A stretch of DNA of 63,670 nucleotides, counting the filler, from Intoshia linei (Eukaryota; Animalia; Orthonectida): assembly GCA_001642005.1 (NCBI GenBank). It is 6 parts of 6 records of this genome, joined end to end, with 100 filler letters (N's around TTAATTAATTAA, not from the genome) between each part and the next. Parts side by side here need not be neighbours in the genome. Positions count along the whole stretch, not along the records: positions 8,752 to 36,314 come from LWCA01000431.1; positions 36,415 to 57,481 come from LWCA01000660.1; 4 more parts are not named here. One strand, 5' to 3'. Under the pieces are notes generated by a model that was given only the letters and a program-made list of their open reading frames with translations, made no database searches and was not told the origin of the DNA. The translations under genes and the position numbers were made by a program. Below, piece after piece: positions 26,101 to 42,700 of the stretch (positions are counted from its first letter, which is position 1; each line of letters opens with the position of its first letter).

Positions 26101-29100
26101 TACAGGAAAATTATTTCTAGTGTAGTGTTTTTATTAGTGTTCTCTCTAAGGCAGTGGTGGGCAAACTACGGCATGCGAGATACTATTGTGCGGCCCGCGA
26201 AATCATGCTTCATACTTGTTTACATTCAAATTTTAAAATTGATTCTTTACATTGTATAATTTTACCTGTCACATTCCATTTAGATAATTAACCGTCTATT
26301 TTTGCGTATTAGATAAAATTTTCCTATCTTGATCTATTTTAAATAAAATAATTGGATAAAACACGATGTGGATAATTGATATACATATTGGCAATCAATA
26401 TTTCATATCGACACCAATATTTTAAATAGAATGTCAATATTAATTTAGTTTATCCATGACGCTACCATATCGAATACAGTTCATTAAGATTGATTCTTTT
26501 GTCGTGGTAACCGCTATCATAATGGATGGCTTCTTCAATATTGTTCATCTATTTGAAATATTGGTTGTCTTTAAAAATATGGATTGTCCATATGTATATC
26601 AATTATCCACATCGTGTTTTATCTATTGTATATTTTTTATTAGATTAAAATAAATGCAATGATATAAAAATTACATTTTTTGGTTGGTTTTATCAATAGT
26701 TGAACAAACAAAAATATTTTTATTATTTATCAATAATTATTGATATTATAATAGGCTAATTTTTGTTCAAATTTGATCAAATTTTCTTTTATTGTTTGCA
26801 TAGATATAATTATAAATACATACAATTTTGAAACTTAATAAACACAATTAATAATTAGAATGCACTCCAAAAATAATAATCGTTAATTATTCAAATGAAA
26901 TTTTGACACTTTAATATTTAAAAAAAGCAATCAAATTTACAAGCCAGAATAGAATTTCATCAATTTAAATTTTTTTATGTGTATTCACGATATTTGTGCG
27001 GTCCGCATATCAGTAAGTTTGCCCACCACTGCTCTAAGGTATGAATAGACCAAGTTGGTTACATGGACTCTTGAGCTGAAAAATATTTAGGATTATCGAA
27101 AATCCTGAATCCAAAAAATAAATAATTTGTGTAAATGTGAACACTAATCCTATTTTCTTTGAAAAATTATTGTATTGTCTAACATTATTATATTGTAAAT
27201 TTATTAGGTGTTCCTGTACTACATTCCACTAATTGGTAATTTTATTTACATTTAATTTAAGTATCATAAAGTTTATAATGGAATGGAAATTGACCACAAA
27301 ATACAACCGAAAAATGCTGGGATATGCTCAAAAATTATTAAATTCTTTTTATTCATCCACATTCAAGTAATATTATTATTTAAGCCAAGATGCGAACAAT
27401 AAGTTTCGCGAAATTTGACAAATTTGATCAAATTAGTTAATAATTTTGATTATGGAAATGAACCAATATTTTATCATTACTTATGATATGTTTTTTTGTC
27501 TGTGTTATCGTTTATTTCAATAACTACCAGTTTTAGAATTTTATAAAGTCCACATTTCTATTACACTTTTTTCCGGTGGTGTTAATAAGATAAATTTCAA
27601 CCTCCCAAACTCACATCTTACGGATCAAAAGTCCAATTGTCTTTTTTTTGAAAATCAAACGAGTTCGAGAATTTAAAAAAATATAATCTGATACGGATTT
27701 TAAAATCATAAATAATATAGTTGTTCTCTATTTATATAGTCACGTTTGCATTTAATATGGTAATTTTTTAAAATTGATGGTAGTGATCGGAAATCATAGG
27801 AAATGAATATTAATTATGCCTTAGCTATATATGAGGCTTGAATAGCATCATAATGGATCATATTTTTGCGATTTTAAATATTTTTTATTGCATTGAAGTG
27901 ATATGAATTAAAGTGGCCAGATTTTAACGTACTAATTACGTACTAGTTACTTAAAAACCAAAATGAAATTAAATTTAAAATCTCAGTCGAAATTGAATTT
28001 AAAATTAATATTTATTTATACATTTATATTACATTAATATTTATCATTAGACATAATTTTTAGACACAAATCATTGTTATTTAGTATACATTTATAAAAA
28101 TCAGAACAATTTTTTTGACTATTTTGAAATAATTATTAATTACTAATTAAATTTGTTTTACTTTAAAATTGAAAAATAATGATAAAGTATGCTTTTAATT
28201 AATTACAATTGAAAAAGTTTATTTCAAATAAAACGTAAATAAACATCTTTCTATACAAATTTATACACTAAAATTTTTACGTTTACATAAAAATTATCGA
28301 GTACGTATTTAGTACGTATTTTTTTTAGTTAAAAATACGTATATCTGGCCACTTTATATGAATTCAAATTTTCTTAACAATTCATTAAAGTTTCTCATGA
28401 ATATAAATTTATTTTTCAAGAATATAAATTTTTTGATGAAAAGATGGCTGTTTTAATTTCTTCTAAAACTAATTGGAGTGTTAGCCCTAGGACGCATATT
28501 ACGTGATTTTATTACGCTGAATAAGTTTTCAATAGGATTCAAGTCAGGACTATAGGGTGGTAAGAATATTTGTTCTACATTTTCCCTTCTCAAGAAAGAA
28601 ATTATTACCGCACAGTGGTAAAACCTCACATTATCCATTACAATAATCGGCCTGTTCTCAAATACTCTATAAATCTTATAGTTATTTAAAAATTCCAGAA
28701 TTAACCTTCGCATAATTTTAATTCTTGTTAAATTATCATTACTATCTAGAAATCATTTCTACACTTGTTTTTTTCGTCGAACTTCGAATATTAATTACAT
28801 TTAGTAGTATTTACTTAAAAATTTATATTGTTAAAAAATAAATTTATATTTATGAAAATAAAATTTATATTCATGAGAAATTGTGTATTATTTATTTGTT
28901 TAATTTAATGTATGGAGATATTGAAGGAAGGAGTATTGAATAGTGTGTTCAACTTAGTTTCTTTTTTACTCAGTACAGTACAACTAAGTACTTTTTAAAT
29001 TTTCAAAACTCAGTAAAAAGTACTTTAAAATTTACATTACATCACAAACAATTACAGAATAATCCTTATACAATTGATAATTATTTATTATATTAATAAA

Positions 29101-31840
29101 TTATTGATGTACAAATATTGGTGTATATTATTAACTATAAGTGACTATAACTGTAAGTAAATAACTATTTATAATACAAGTATATGCGAAAAATGTTCCA
29201 TCACTATAATACAATTTAAAACTTATAAAAAATTATAGATTTAAGAGTTGGTCCACCTTTTCCAAAGTTACTCATTAATCTAATAGTAATTATAGTTTTA
29301 TGTAACTGTCAACTTACTGATAATTTTAATATGTATTTTGTTGAATTTTTATTTTAAATATATTTATTCATATAATAACTAAATTTAGAAAATTTTTTAG
29401 CAATAATGTTTTCTTTATTGCGTCGTTAATACTTCATAATCTCACAAGAAATTCAACGTAATTAAAAAAATTAGAATCAAAATCTAAGTAAAATATTTAA
29501 ATAAAGTTTAAAAAGTACTTTTTATAAAGTACTCAGTACAAATTTTATAAAACTCAGTAAAAAAACAAAAAAGTACTTTTAAAAAAGTTGAACACACTAG
29601 TATGGAAAATTGAAATAGAATGTAATATACATACAAATTATTCATTTATAACTTAATTTCTTTCGCATCTGGGCAAGCAGGGTAACATTTTGCGATAAAA
29701 GCTATCGCGATGCGTTTCTGTTATATTTTCAAAGGCAGATGAAATTTTTATTTTAAGTTGTAATTCAGTTTAAACGCATGCGCGTTTTACCAAATTTTTC
29801 CATACGCTGAAAATGTTTTCTATTGGATTAAGAAATGGGGGAATAAGGGGGAAGGTTGATTGAACTGATGCTAATGTTCAATGAAAATTTATTGGAAATT
29901 AAGTAAATAAATAAATGTATAAAAATAACAATTTATGGAAATGAGGTTTGTCATATTATGTTATAATATGTGACAATCATAAAATTAAAATTAAATTTAA
30001 AATAATTATTTCCAATAAAAATACAATATCAAAGAAAGTTGCGATCTTTGATGTCTCAATAATGGAAAATATTCTTTGATTTATATTTTTATTAGTGGCA
30101 ATAAATCTATTAGAAAATAATAAATATTTCCATTACATTATTAAAATTAAATTAAACAATTAAAAATAAAAATTAAATAATTAAAGAAAATTTGAGTTCA
30201 TATCTTGAATGCAATAAAAAATAATATTAAAAATCGTAAAAATATTATAAATTTTTATCAGTTTATGAGCAATTATTGATGGTACTCAAGCCTCAGATGT
30301 ACCTAAATCATAGTTAATATTTATTTCCGATGATTACCATCAATTTTATAAAATCACTATATTAAATGCAAACATGACTATATATAAATAGAGTACAACT
30401 ATATCATAAATTTAAATTTAAAAAAAATAAGTCTTCAGGGCCAAAACCACAAATTACCCTTTTTTTTTAATGAAAACCGCCTTAGAATTTAAAAAAAATA
30501 CAGGTGGTAAAGTTGTATCCTGTTAACAGACACAAAAAATTTCCATCTCAATAAGTGACAACTTCACGGTCAAAAAAGCACTTTAGTATTCGTATATTTT
30601 TTTTCCGAAATATTTTATTAAAACAAAAAATGTGAAATAATTAACGTTAAAAAAATATTATTCTGATAGAGCTTATTCTAGTTGATATAAATACAAAATT
30701 TCAACCCCAGAAATCAACCATTCATTGTGAAAAATAATTTTTAATTTATTTTCAATCACTGTTTTTCAAATATTTCGATTAAAATTAAAAATTGAAAATG
30801 TAAATATTGATTCTACAATTTCAAAAAAAAATGTGCATTGAATGTCTACACATTTCCGATAAAGAAATATGGGTTGAAATCTATATAATTCATTCATTCG
30901 GAATTTTTTTGATTGCTACGAAATTTCAAATCAATTTCAATCTCAAATTCTTATTTTCAAAATATTTTGTTTAAAATTTAAATTAAAAATACAACAACGA
31001 ATTGCTTAAAGTAATACAACTTTGTTATTATTATTTTTGTAGTTATTACAATCCTTTGCAATATTGGTAAAATTCACCTGAAATATGTTTATAACATTCT
31101 GATTCCGTTAATTATTGATACATAATTAGTATTTTTAAGTATTTAGAAAATTGGTACTGAATATATATCACATTGAAAATGACAAAATGGTTTTTATAAT
31201 TTTATTTTTTCTGTAATTTATGCTATTTATGACAATTTTTAGGATTGGACTGTTTTTACTTTATTTTTAGTATTATACACATTCTGTCTAATAAATTAAA
31301 AAAATGGGATAATTGTTTTTAAAATTCTTTACGATTTGAAAGGACTCCTTTAAATGATTGATAATAGTGAATAGTAGGATTTTTAAGTTAGATTTTCTGT
31401 AAATTTATTTTTTGGTAGTATAAAAATGTTCCCTCGGTAGAACTAGGCTACGGTTTATTTTTTTGGTATAATAACAATGTGCCCTCGGCAGAGCTAGGTG
31501 CTGTTTGTACGTAGTACATTACATCAACCTATTATATTAATAAATTTAATTCAATAGAGTTGAAAATATTTTTGTGATTTGGCCCGAGGGTGAAAAATAG
31601 TACCCACCCTGATTAAACTCATTTGTATATTTATATACATTTATTTTTTAGATTTATTTGATTATTGCTTTATATTTTGTGATCAATGTGTATTACGGCA
31701 CCAATATTATATATGGACCATATTTCATATCATGCTTCATACTACCTTTTATTTGTTGTTATTTTTCAAATAAAACTAGTAAAATTTATTCTCCCTCGAT
31801 ATGGGAAAATTGTTGGAAGTCTGAATATAATAAATTTTAA
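23110..31840 (+). CDS. TMEM62: Transmembrane protein 62 (metallophosphoesterase domain + TM region)
   Basis: N-terminal TM; FVQ|LSDVHIS, VSG|DLTD, WLDIRGNH|D, FGHYPSS, YTCGHLH, LELELTDWKKFR|RYRVVAVDHDLVSFAD, YIG|PW; final exon ends at 31840. Confidence 0.9.
26152..27031 (+). mobile_element. hAT (Charlie/Buster-type) MITE in TMEM62 intron, carrying a nested MITE
   Basis: TIRs CAGTGGTGGGCAAACT / AGTTTGCCCACCACTG; perfect 8-bp TSD ctctaagg. Confidence 0.92.
26354..26624. mobile_element. 271-bp MITE with ~50-bp TIRs and 3-bp ATT TSD
   Basis: GATAAAACACGATGTGGATAATTGATATACATA and its reverse complement at the two ends; the sibling host copy near 11585 shows the empty site ataaaataATTgtatat. Confidence 0.88.
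27909..28356. mobile_element. MITE with 7-bp TSD inserted in the left TIR of the Tc1-like element
   Basis: TIRs TAAAGTGGCCAGAT / ATCTGGCCACTTTA; tatgaat on both sides; the right TIR of the host preserves the empty site. Confidence 0.85.
28941..29599. mobile_element. hAT-like MITE nested in the Tc1-like element
   Basis: TIRs TAGTGTGTTCAACTT / AAGTTGAACACACTA; 8-bp TSD gtattgaa/gtatggaa; subterminal AGTACT/ACTCAGTA repeats. Confidence 0.85.
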
Positions 31841-32378
31841 AATATATTTCTACGATTTGACTTTTAAAACTAAGCGTTGCAAAAAGATTTAATTGTAATG
31901 TTGACTTTTTATTTGAATGGTTGATTCTTTTCAATTCAATAATGTATTTATTCAATGAATAAATTGATTAAACCAGAATTATAATTAAATCTTTTTAAAG
32001 ATGATTTACGTTTATCGAAAGAAAAATGAAAATCATCAAATTTAATCGATTAAACATTAAAACACAAGTTGATAAATAAATTAACAACTTTCGAAGGATT
32101 TAAAAATTGTTTCCTCAAAAAGGTATGTAAAAAATAAATAATTTAGTAAGTTGAAAGTTGGAACCCCTCTGGCGGGCGTACAACCATTTGGAAACCACTG
32201 ACACATCAAACAATATATTATACACAAATTAACATTGCTTACTATTAAATTTTTGCAAAATACACTTTTCATTAACTGATTCATAATTTTGATTTTAAAA
32301 ATTTATAGATTCAAACATGGTAACAAATAAATTGAATTTTATTTGAGGCGCTAAATTTGTTAAAAAAATTATTAAACT

Positions 32379-36040
<3,662 letters not shown>

Positions 36041-36314
36041 ATGGGAATTTGTAAATTTTGATTAAATTCTATTTATGAATTTGAATTAAAAAATTACTGT
36101 GGTTAGGTAGGAGTTGGTGTCTTCGGGCGTCCGGCAAAAGATGAAAAACCACTGTTTCCATTGTTTCTTTGCTTATTCGGTCGTGCGGAAACGGTATTTG
36201 TGCGCCTAGAGTGGTTTACTGCCCGAATCGTACTACAGAGTACCATAATTGTTCACTACATTAATCTGGCCTTCAAGTGTTATCAACTTTTGTTGTGCGC
36301 TTATCTGGTCAGAG

Positions 36315-36414
36315 NNNNNNNNNNNNNNNNNNNNNNNNNNNNNNNNNNNNNNNNNNNNTTAATTAATTAANNNNNNNNNNNNNNNNNNNNNNNNNNNNNN
36401 NNNNNNNNNNNNNN
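36315..36414. other. Artificial contig linker
   Basis: N44-TTAATTAATTAA-N44. Confidence 0.97.
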
Positions 36415-36599
36415 AATATTGCCTCAGCCGATGAGACGGATGAAGAAAGTGAAAAGAATGATATAGAAAAGGATAGTGCAGATGAAGCCGAACCAAGCCA
36501 GCAAGACATGATTCTTCAAACAGATTTAGCTCATGAGAATGCTTGTTTCCCCCCGCCAAAACCTGAATTTACCTGAACCTGAATCCTGAAAAGGTGTCA

Positions 36600-36800
36600 A
36601 AGAAAGTTTAGAAAACTTTGTAAACTTTTTCGAAAATCACCAATGAAAAATGAAATTTTGCAAGACTGTGTTAGAGCAAACTTCAAGGGGAAAGAGTATA
36701 AACTTATACTGGATTGCAGAACTAGGTGGAATAGCATGTTTTATATGATAGAGCAATTTTTGAAACTAAAAAACTCAATGCATTGTATTTCTTAAAAGAT
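36600..36800 (+). pseudogene. hAT transposase fragment
   Basis: RKLCKLFRKSPMKNEILQDCVR...KLILDCRTRWNSMFYMIEQFL contains the hAT DxxTRWNS motif and is bounded by stops. Confidence 0.8.
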
Positions 36801-37063
36801 CATTTCCAAAAAGATGTGGATCATCCTGCAATTTCTGAAGGTTGATTAAATTTTTAAAGGATTAAGAAGATTAAAATTGTTGTTAGTGACAATAAATAGT
36901 ACTCTATTCGTGTCTCCTTTGGATTTATGCCATTAAAAATATTGAAAACCGGTTTTAAAATTTTCGGTTTTTTACGAGCCCTAGTTGAGACCCTCTGAAG
37001 TGCTGTCGTCCAGGTTAAGAACCTATGTACTAAATAATTATCATGAAATAATTTCATTATTAA

Positions 37064-37794
37064 CCCTTTGACACGAAACTTCACCTTTGTGTGTAGTTTT
37101 AAAATTTAAAATATTAAAAACTCCACATATGCGTGGAGTCGTCAAATTGACAAAATTGCAAAACTACACATATGCGTGGAGTCTTAATATGAACAGTATA
37201 TAAAAACAACCCCATTTTATTTTAAATTTCAGCATATTTATTTCCAGTTTCGATTTCCTAAATATTAATTTTAATTCTTTAAAATGGAGTTTTTGAATAA
37301 TTTTTTTTTAACGAAATTCTAACTGGAGGGTTTTTGAGTACTTTTTTTAATTAAATTCTAACGGGTTTTTAAGAGTAATTTTTTTAATTAAATTCTAACG
37401 GGTTTTTTTGAGTAATTTTATTAACCATATTCTAACGGGTTTTTTTGATTAATTTTTGGGATTTTATGTAATATTTGTTATAAATACCTTATATGAAAAT
37501 TGAGTCTGTAAATTGTAATGATAATTGTACATATATTCCAGTAAATTGTAATCAATAATTTAAATTCAAGTTGATAAATGAGATGAAATAGTGTAAAAGT
37601 AATAAAAACGTAACTAAAGCATGCAGATCGCATGATGGTGTGCGTAACACAATTTAATGGGCGTTTTTATATAATTTTAAATATTCATATAAAAAAGTGA
37701 CATTTCGCTTTTATCATTTTTGCATTTGTTGTTTTATAATTATAAAATTCGATTGCGATATTATAATAAAAAAATATCGCAATATGTCAAAGGG
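37064..37794. mobile_element. piggyBac-type MITE with internal minisatellite
   Basis: TTAA|CCCTTTGACA ... TGTCAAAGGG|TTAA; about four ~37-nt units (AATTCTAACGGGTTTTT...) at 37310-37450; repeated CACATATGCGTGGAGTC. Confidence 0.88.
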
Positions 37795-37965
37795 TTAAAT
37801 AAAAATGAAACTTTATGGTTTTTAGGTCTATTTTAGAAATGTTTTTGTGGGAAAAATCATTTATCAACGAATACAATAATTTAACCTAAAAAACGATCCC
37901 TTATACCAGGAGTTTAACCTTTTAAATGAAAGTAACAAAGTTACCTCAATTATATTATTTTATAG

Positions 37966-38602
37966 ATGATGTAAACATGGCATATGTGGTTGAATGTTTA
38001 TCAAATACTATATCCATGTGGTGTAGTAATTTCCAAAAAAGTCAAAACTCGGAATTTTATTGGATACTTACTAATTTTGCTGTATTCAGTAATGTTTCAC
38101 AATATCAATTGTTAAATTGAAATTAAGATTATGGTGGCTGGAAAGATACTGGATCTTATACCTGGATGACTCTCTTTGACAACACATGTACAAGTCGATA
38201 CATTGCTATTCAAACTAGAATGAACGAAAAATACCGAGATTCAGGAAAAATAGAACAAATGTATCATGATAATGTGGACATGTTGTTAACACTAAAAATA
38301 TAAATAGTAAATTAAAAGTTTGCACTTTTGATCATTTTTAATATTAAGAGAGTAACCTGCAAGAAACAATGTTGGGAAATTTGCAATGCTTAAGTGATAT
38401 GTACTTTTCAGTTTTATCATCTTATGATTTTAATATTGCTACAAGTATCTTTTTAATTATACTTATAATTGTTATTATAGGTATTTCTGCCAAATATTTG
38501 TCATCATATACACAGCTTACTCAAGACATATTCTTTATCACAGATAAGGCTTATGAAATTTCTGATCCTATAAATACGTATTACTGGGCTAACACGAAAT
38601 AA
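37966..38602 (+). CDS. Possible small single-pass membrane protein (partial, unknown)
   Basis: Two open Cys/Trp-containing exons (37966-~38088, ~38128-38260) and a terminal segment with TM IATSIFLIILIIVIIGISA; splicing not fully resolved. Confidence 0.33.
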
Positions 38603-39735
38603 TCACACATTTTGATATTATAACAATTATAATAGTTACTATTTAATTATTAACATAAATAAACATATAACGTGTTATTGTTTTTGGTTCATTTTCATCA
38701 ATCTCATAAATAGCGTAATGTACATTGGAAAATTTTTATCAGTTTGTATCCGCCGGAAATGTTTTATTTTAAATCGACCCGTAAACCATGACCAGTATTC
38801 TTGACCATTTCCTTCCTTCCTTCGTAGTAGATTAATTGTGAGTGTGGACATGGTTTGGTAAAGATGACGGTAATTTACAAAAAATATCAATTAACTACAT
38901 GTAAATGTAAAATATGTTCAATATTCCAAATAGACTTTGATGGCCTCAAATTTTCAAATATTTCGAAAATATTCCTATGCATAATATTCTCTAATTTTTG
39001 GTTTCATCTGAGCAAATTGTATTCACTCAATTCTGCAATGTTAAAATTCTTTAAAAAAATAATTTCTAGCCATATGTTGGAAATAGTCAATATTTCAAAA
39101 AGAATTTTATGAACACAAATTTGATAAATGTATAAAAAATATAATTATAATTAATTATTATAGTTTAAAAAAATTTAAACATATTTGAACTAAAGTCACA
39201 TTTTGTACGCAGGCAAATGTAAATAGAGTGATGGTGGAAAATGAATTAGAATTTTGAATTAACCCATATACATAAATACAATGATATAATCATTGATCAA
39301 TAATATTCATTATAATGTAGTAGTGCAAAAAACAAAAAAATAAAGATTAACGGCTAATTTAAACATGTCAAATTGAACATTATAAAGACATGTAGCATAA
39401 AAAATGGGAAACATTGATAACCTAAATACCATAAATAAAATATAATTAAAATTATTGATTTTACCCATTATCTAATCCATTAATTATTGATATTTAACAC
39501 ATTATCTATATTCCATAATCCGTACCACTTTCCCATTTTGACATGTAATTTAAATGCCTAAAAGATTGATTAAAATCAATTCTTTTATATGAATGACATT
39601 TCAACAAATTGCTTGTAAACTGTTTTTCAAATATAAGCTTACAATTTAAAAGTTTTTAGAAAAGATCTATTAATTCATAAGGAAAAATTGAACTATAATA
39701 TATTGAAATATCATTGAAATTTGTAATTATTAATT

Positions 39736-42700
39736 ATGCTGCGTGAAAAGACCAACCGAATATTGAATTCGAACGGTATACTCGTTTTTATTGTCTTTTT
39801 GGCTTTATTTTTGGATAATATGCTTTTGACTACAGTGGGTAATTTACAATGTTTTATTTTGTACATTTTTACAGTTCCAATATTGCCAAATTTTTTGATT
39901 GAAGAATCGCTTAAATTAAAAAAAACCAATGCCACACCAGAGTTTAATTTTTTAAACGTTTATGATAAAGCTTTCTATAACAAATTTCAAATTAATAATA
40001 CAAAGTAATTTGGTTGATTTTTAAACTTTTAGCGTAAATATTTTTTAGAAATGAAAGCAAAAAAATGGCTGAAGCGTATAAACAAGAAATTCAAAACACT
40101 CATGAAAGTGTTGGGTGGGTTTTTTCGTCTAAAGCAGTTTTTCAACTATTGTTTAATCCTTTCTTAGGTAAAATTATTACCAGGTAAACTTTTTTTGATA
40201 TAAAATATTATTTATTTAATTTAAGGGTTGGTTACAGCATTCCAATGTTTTTAGGATTCATTATTCTCTTTATTTCAACTTTGGGTAATTATATAACTTT
40301 ATTACAACTACAATGTAGATATATATTTCTTTGGAATTGTGTAGTCTACAGTGCAGAACCTAGCGTACCCGACACCCTATTCAGAGTTTCGACAAAATTT
40401 TTGTAAAATGGAGGCATCATTTTTCTAAATTAAGCATAAAAAAAATTATATTTAATATTAACTATTTTGTGTGTTAAATTTAAAAAGTTAAATTGATAGC
40501 CTTAGAGGGGTGGATGGAGTTATGTGAACTACCCATAGTTTGTGAAATTTTCTGAATTTCAACTCCTATTTTTAGGAGTCATAGGTCTCGCGTTTGGTAG
40601 ATTCGGTTCTGATAGTTGAAGTCTGTTTTAAGTGTTTTATGATAACTTTTTAACTAACATGAAGGTACGTTTTATGGTAATTCTTTTTTAAACAAAACTA
40701 AAAATACAGTAGCGACACATTAAGCGGACCACTATAATTATTTAAAAGTATTGTTTCACATTTTATTATATTATTTAAATTATAATGTTAATTAGTTTTC
40801 GCTTTTGCCAAAAATTATTATTTGCTTGTTTTTGCTAGAAGTATGCAAGGTATAGGGTCAGCTTTCACCGCTGTTTCAGGTAAATTATGATAAATTCAAT
40901 AATTTATTAATTAAATCGATTTAAATAAGACAGTAGTTTTCATTGTGGGTCACGTGAGTTATGGAATTTTGTAGAGAGAAGTTAATTTCCATTAAACATA
41001 AAATTATAATTTAGTTCATAGGTGTGCAATTGCCGGCCTGCCGGCGGAATTTTACCCGTTGCGGTTAAATCTATTCAATTTATTTCTTCATGAATCATGG
41101 ATAACATTACACACTATTTTTTAAATTTGGTGGCTCAGTTAAAAAAAGTTAAGAACCACTATATTATGGAGTGTATTAGAGCTTATTATTGAGGCGTTTA
41201 CTGGTAGCTACGGAAAATATTTTTAATGTTGAGGGCTGCATCGGTGACAGGGTCGTGGAAATTGATATGTAATATGTGTAATGGCAACATCAGAAGATCA
41301 AAATGAACTCTAGTCCAAATTTACTGTCTAACAAAAGTAAATGCAATTTTATGGCTGGTACAAGCGGATTAGAAAAAATTTAAATGACTCGTGTATGAAC
41401 TAATAATAAAAAACTAAGATGATACAGGTGTTTATAAGTCAGACAATCTGATCTATGTAGTAATTATAATTTATTTGATTATTAAAGTTTTAAATAGGAT
41501 TGGGGAAACTTGCTCACGTATACGATGACGATAAAAAACGAGGAAACATGATGTCTCTAGCAATGAGCGGATTAGCTCTCGGTGTTTTAAGTTTAAATAT
41601 AATGAAATATTGATTATTTATGAAATTAATAGTTGGTCCACCATATGGCGGCATTTTATATCAATTTGTTGGAAAATCATTGCCTTTTGTTATTCTGGCA
41701 ATATTAGCTTTATTTGATGGAAGTAATAAAAATCTTATTTATTTAATTAGATTCAAACATTGATTTAACTATATCTAAATAAAAATGGAAACAAATATAA
41801 CAATATAATTTATCAATTTACAAATGATGAGTTATGATATAATACGCAAACCCTTTCATATAAAATGTACACTGTACAATAGGTGTCATATTTTTTGGAG
41901 TTTTTATTTATTTCATGGGTAATTAGCACTAAATGTGTATATTTTTAAATTAAAAAAACCATTTCGTAATCAAAAACATTTAACGTTAACTATTTGAGTT
42001 GCATTTTTAATATTACATATCTGAACAGTTCGAGAACTAATTGTCTTTGATTTTTAGATAGGTATGACATCGTATGAGTAAAATGTACATTAGGGTATCA
42101 CATTTTTTGGGAATTTATTTGGCGTATATTGGTATTTATGTTCACTTTTTTACTAATATTCCAAAAATTTACGTTTCATATCTTTGAAATTAACATTTTA
42201 TTTTTGATAAAATAAATTCCATAAACTTTCTATAAAATAACTATAGATTTTAAAATTTAATTTAAATTTATATTTACTGTTTTTAAATTTGATTTTATTT
42301 AGTTACCTTTCATTTCAAAATTGATGTTTACAGTAAACTTTACTGATTTTCTATTTTTAACATAAATTTAATTTTATTCTGTTACTCTGTTATTCTCTGT
42401 TTTCAAATTGAAATTAAATGTATGTTTATTGACATTTAAATTGTAAATTTACATTTACTTTCTTGTACTATTAATTTTGAGATTTAAATTTAATTTAATT
42501 ATATTTTAATTTATTTATTATTTATGACATGAATGACATACAAGTTGCAGATTTGAGAGAAGTGACGACATTGTCTCGTTTACTGGCTGTGATACACACC
42601 AGAAAGGGTACATACCCTATGATCATACACATTATAGAGGTCACTGCGCTTATCAATATTTAAAAGTATTTATTATTAATGAATTTGTGATTAATCGCCT

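Larger units (their letters stand above)
27718..30401 (-). mobile_element. Tc1/IS630-type (DD34E) element with ~200-bp TIRs and deleted transposase
   Basis: TA|TAGTTGTTCTCTATTTATATAGTCACGTTTGC ... GCAAACATGACTATATATAAATAGAGTACAACTA|TA. Remnant 28453-28713 reads MDNVRFYH...FLPPYSPDLNPIE, with 34 residues between D and E. Confidence 0.88.
27474..31532 (+). mobile_element. Helitron copy H3 in TMEM62 intron, split by a Tc1-like insertion
   Basis: 5' a|TCATTACTTATGATATG; sequence collinear with H1 resumes at 30402; 3' hairpin at ~31505-31520; subterminal ~55-nt segment duplicated. Confidence 0.82.

Noticed and set aside
38675-39112. Short ORFs on both strands upstream of VMAT
   Set aside because: No stop-free spliced model could be built and no family was recognisable.
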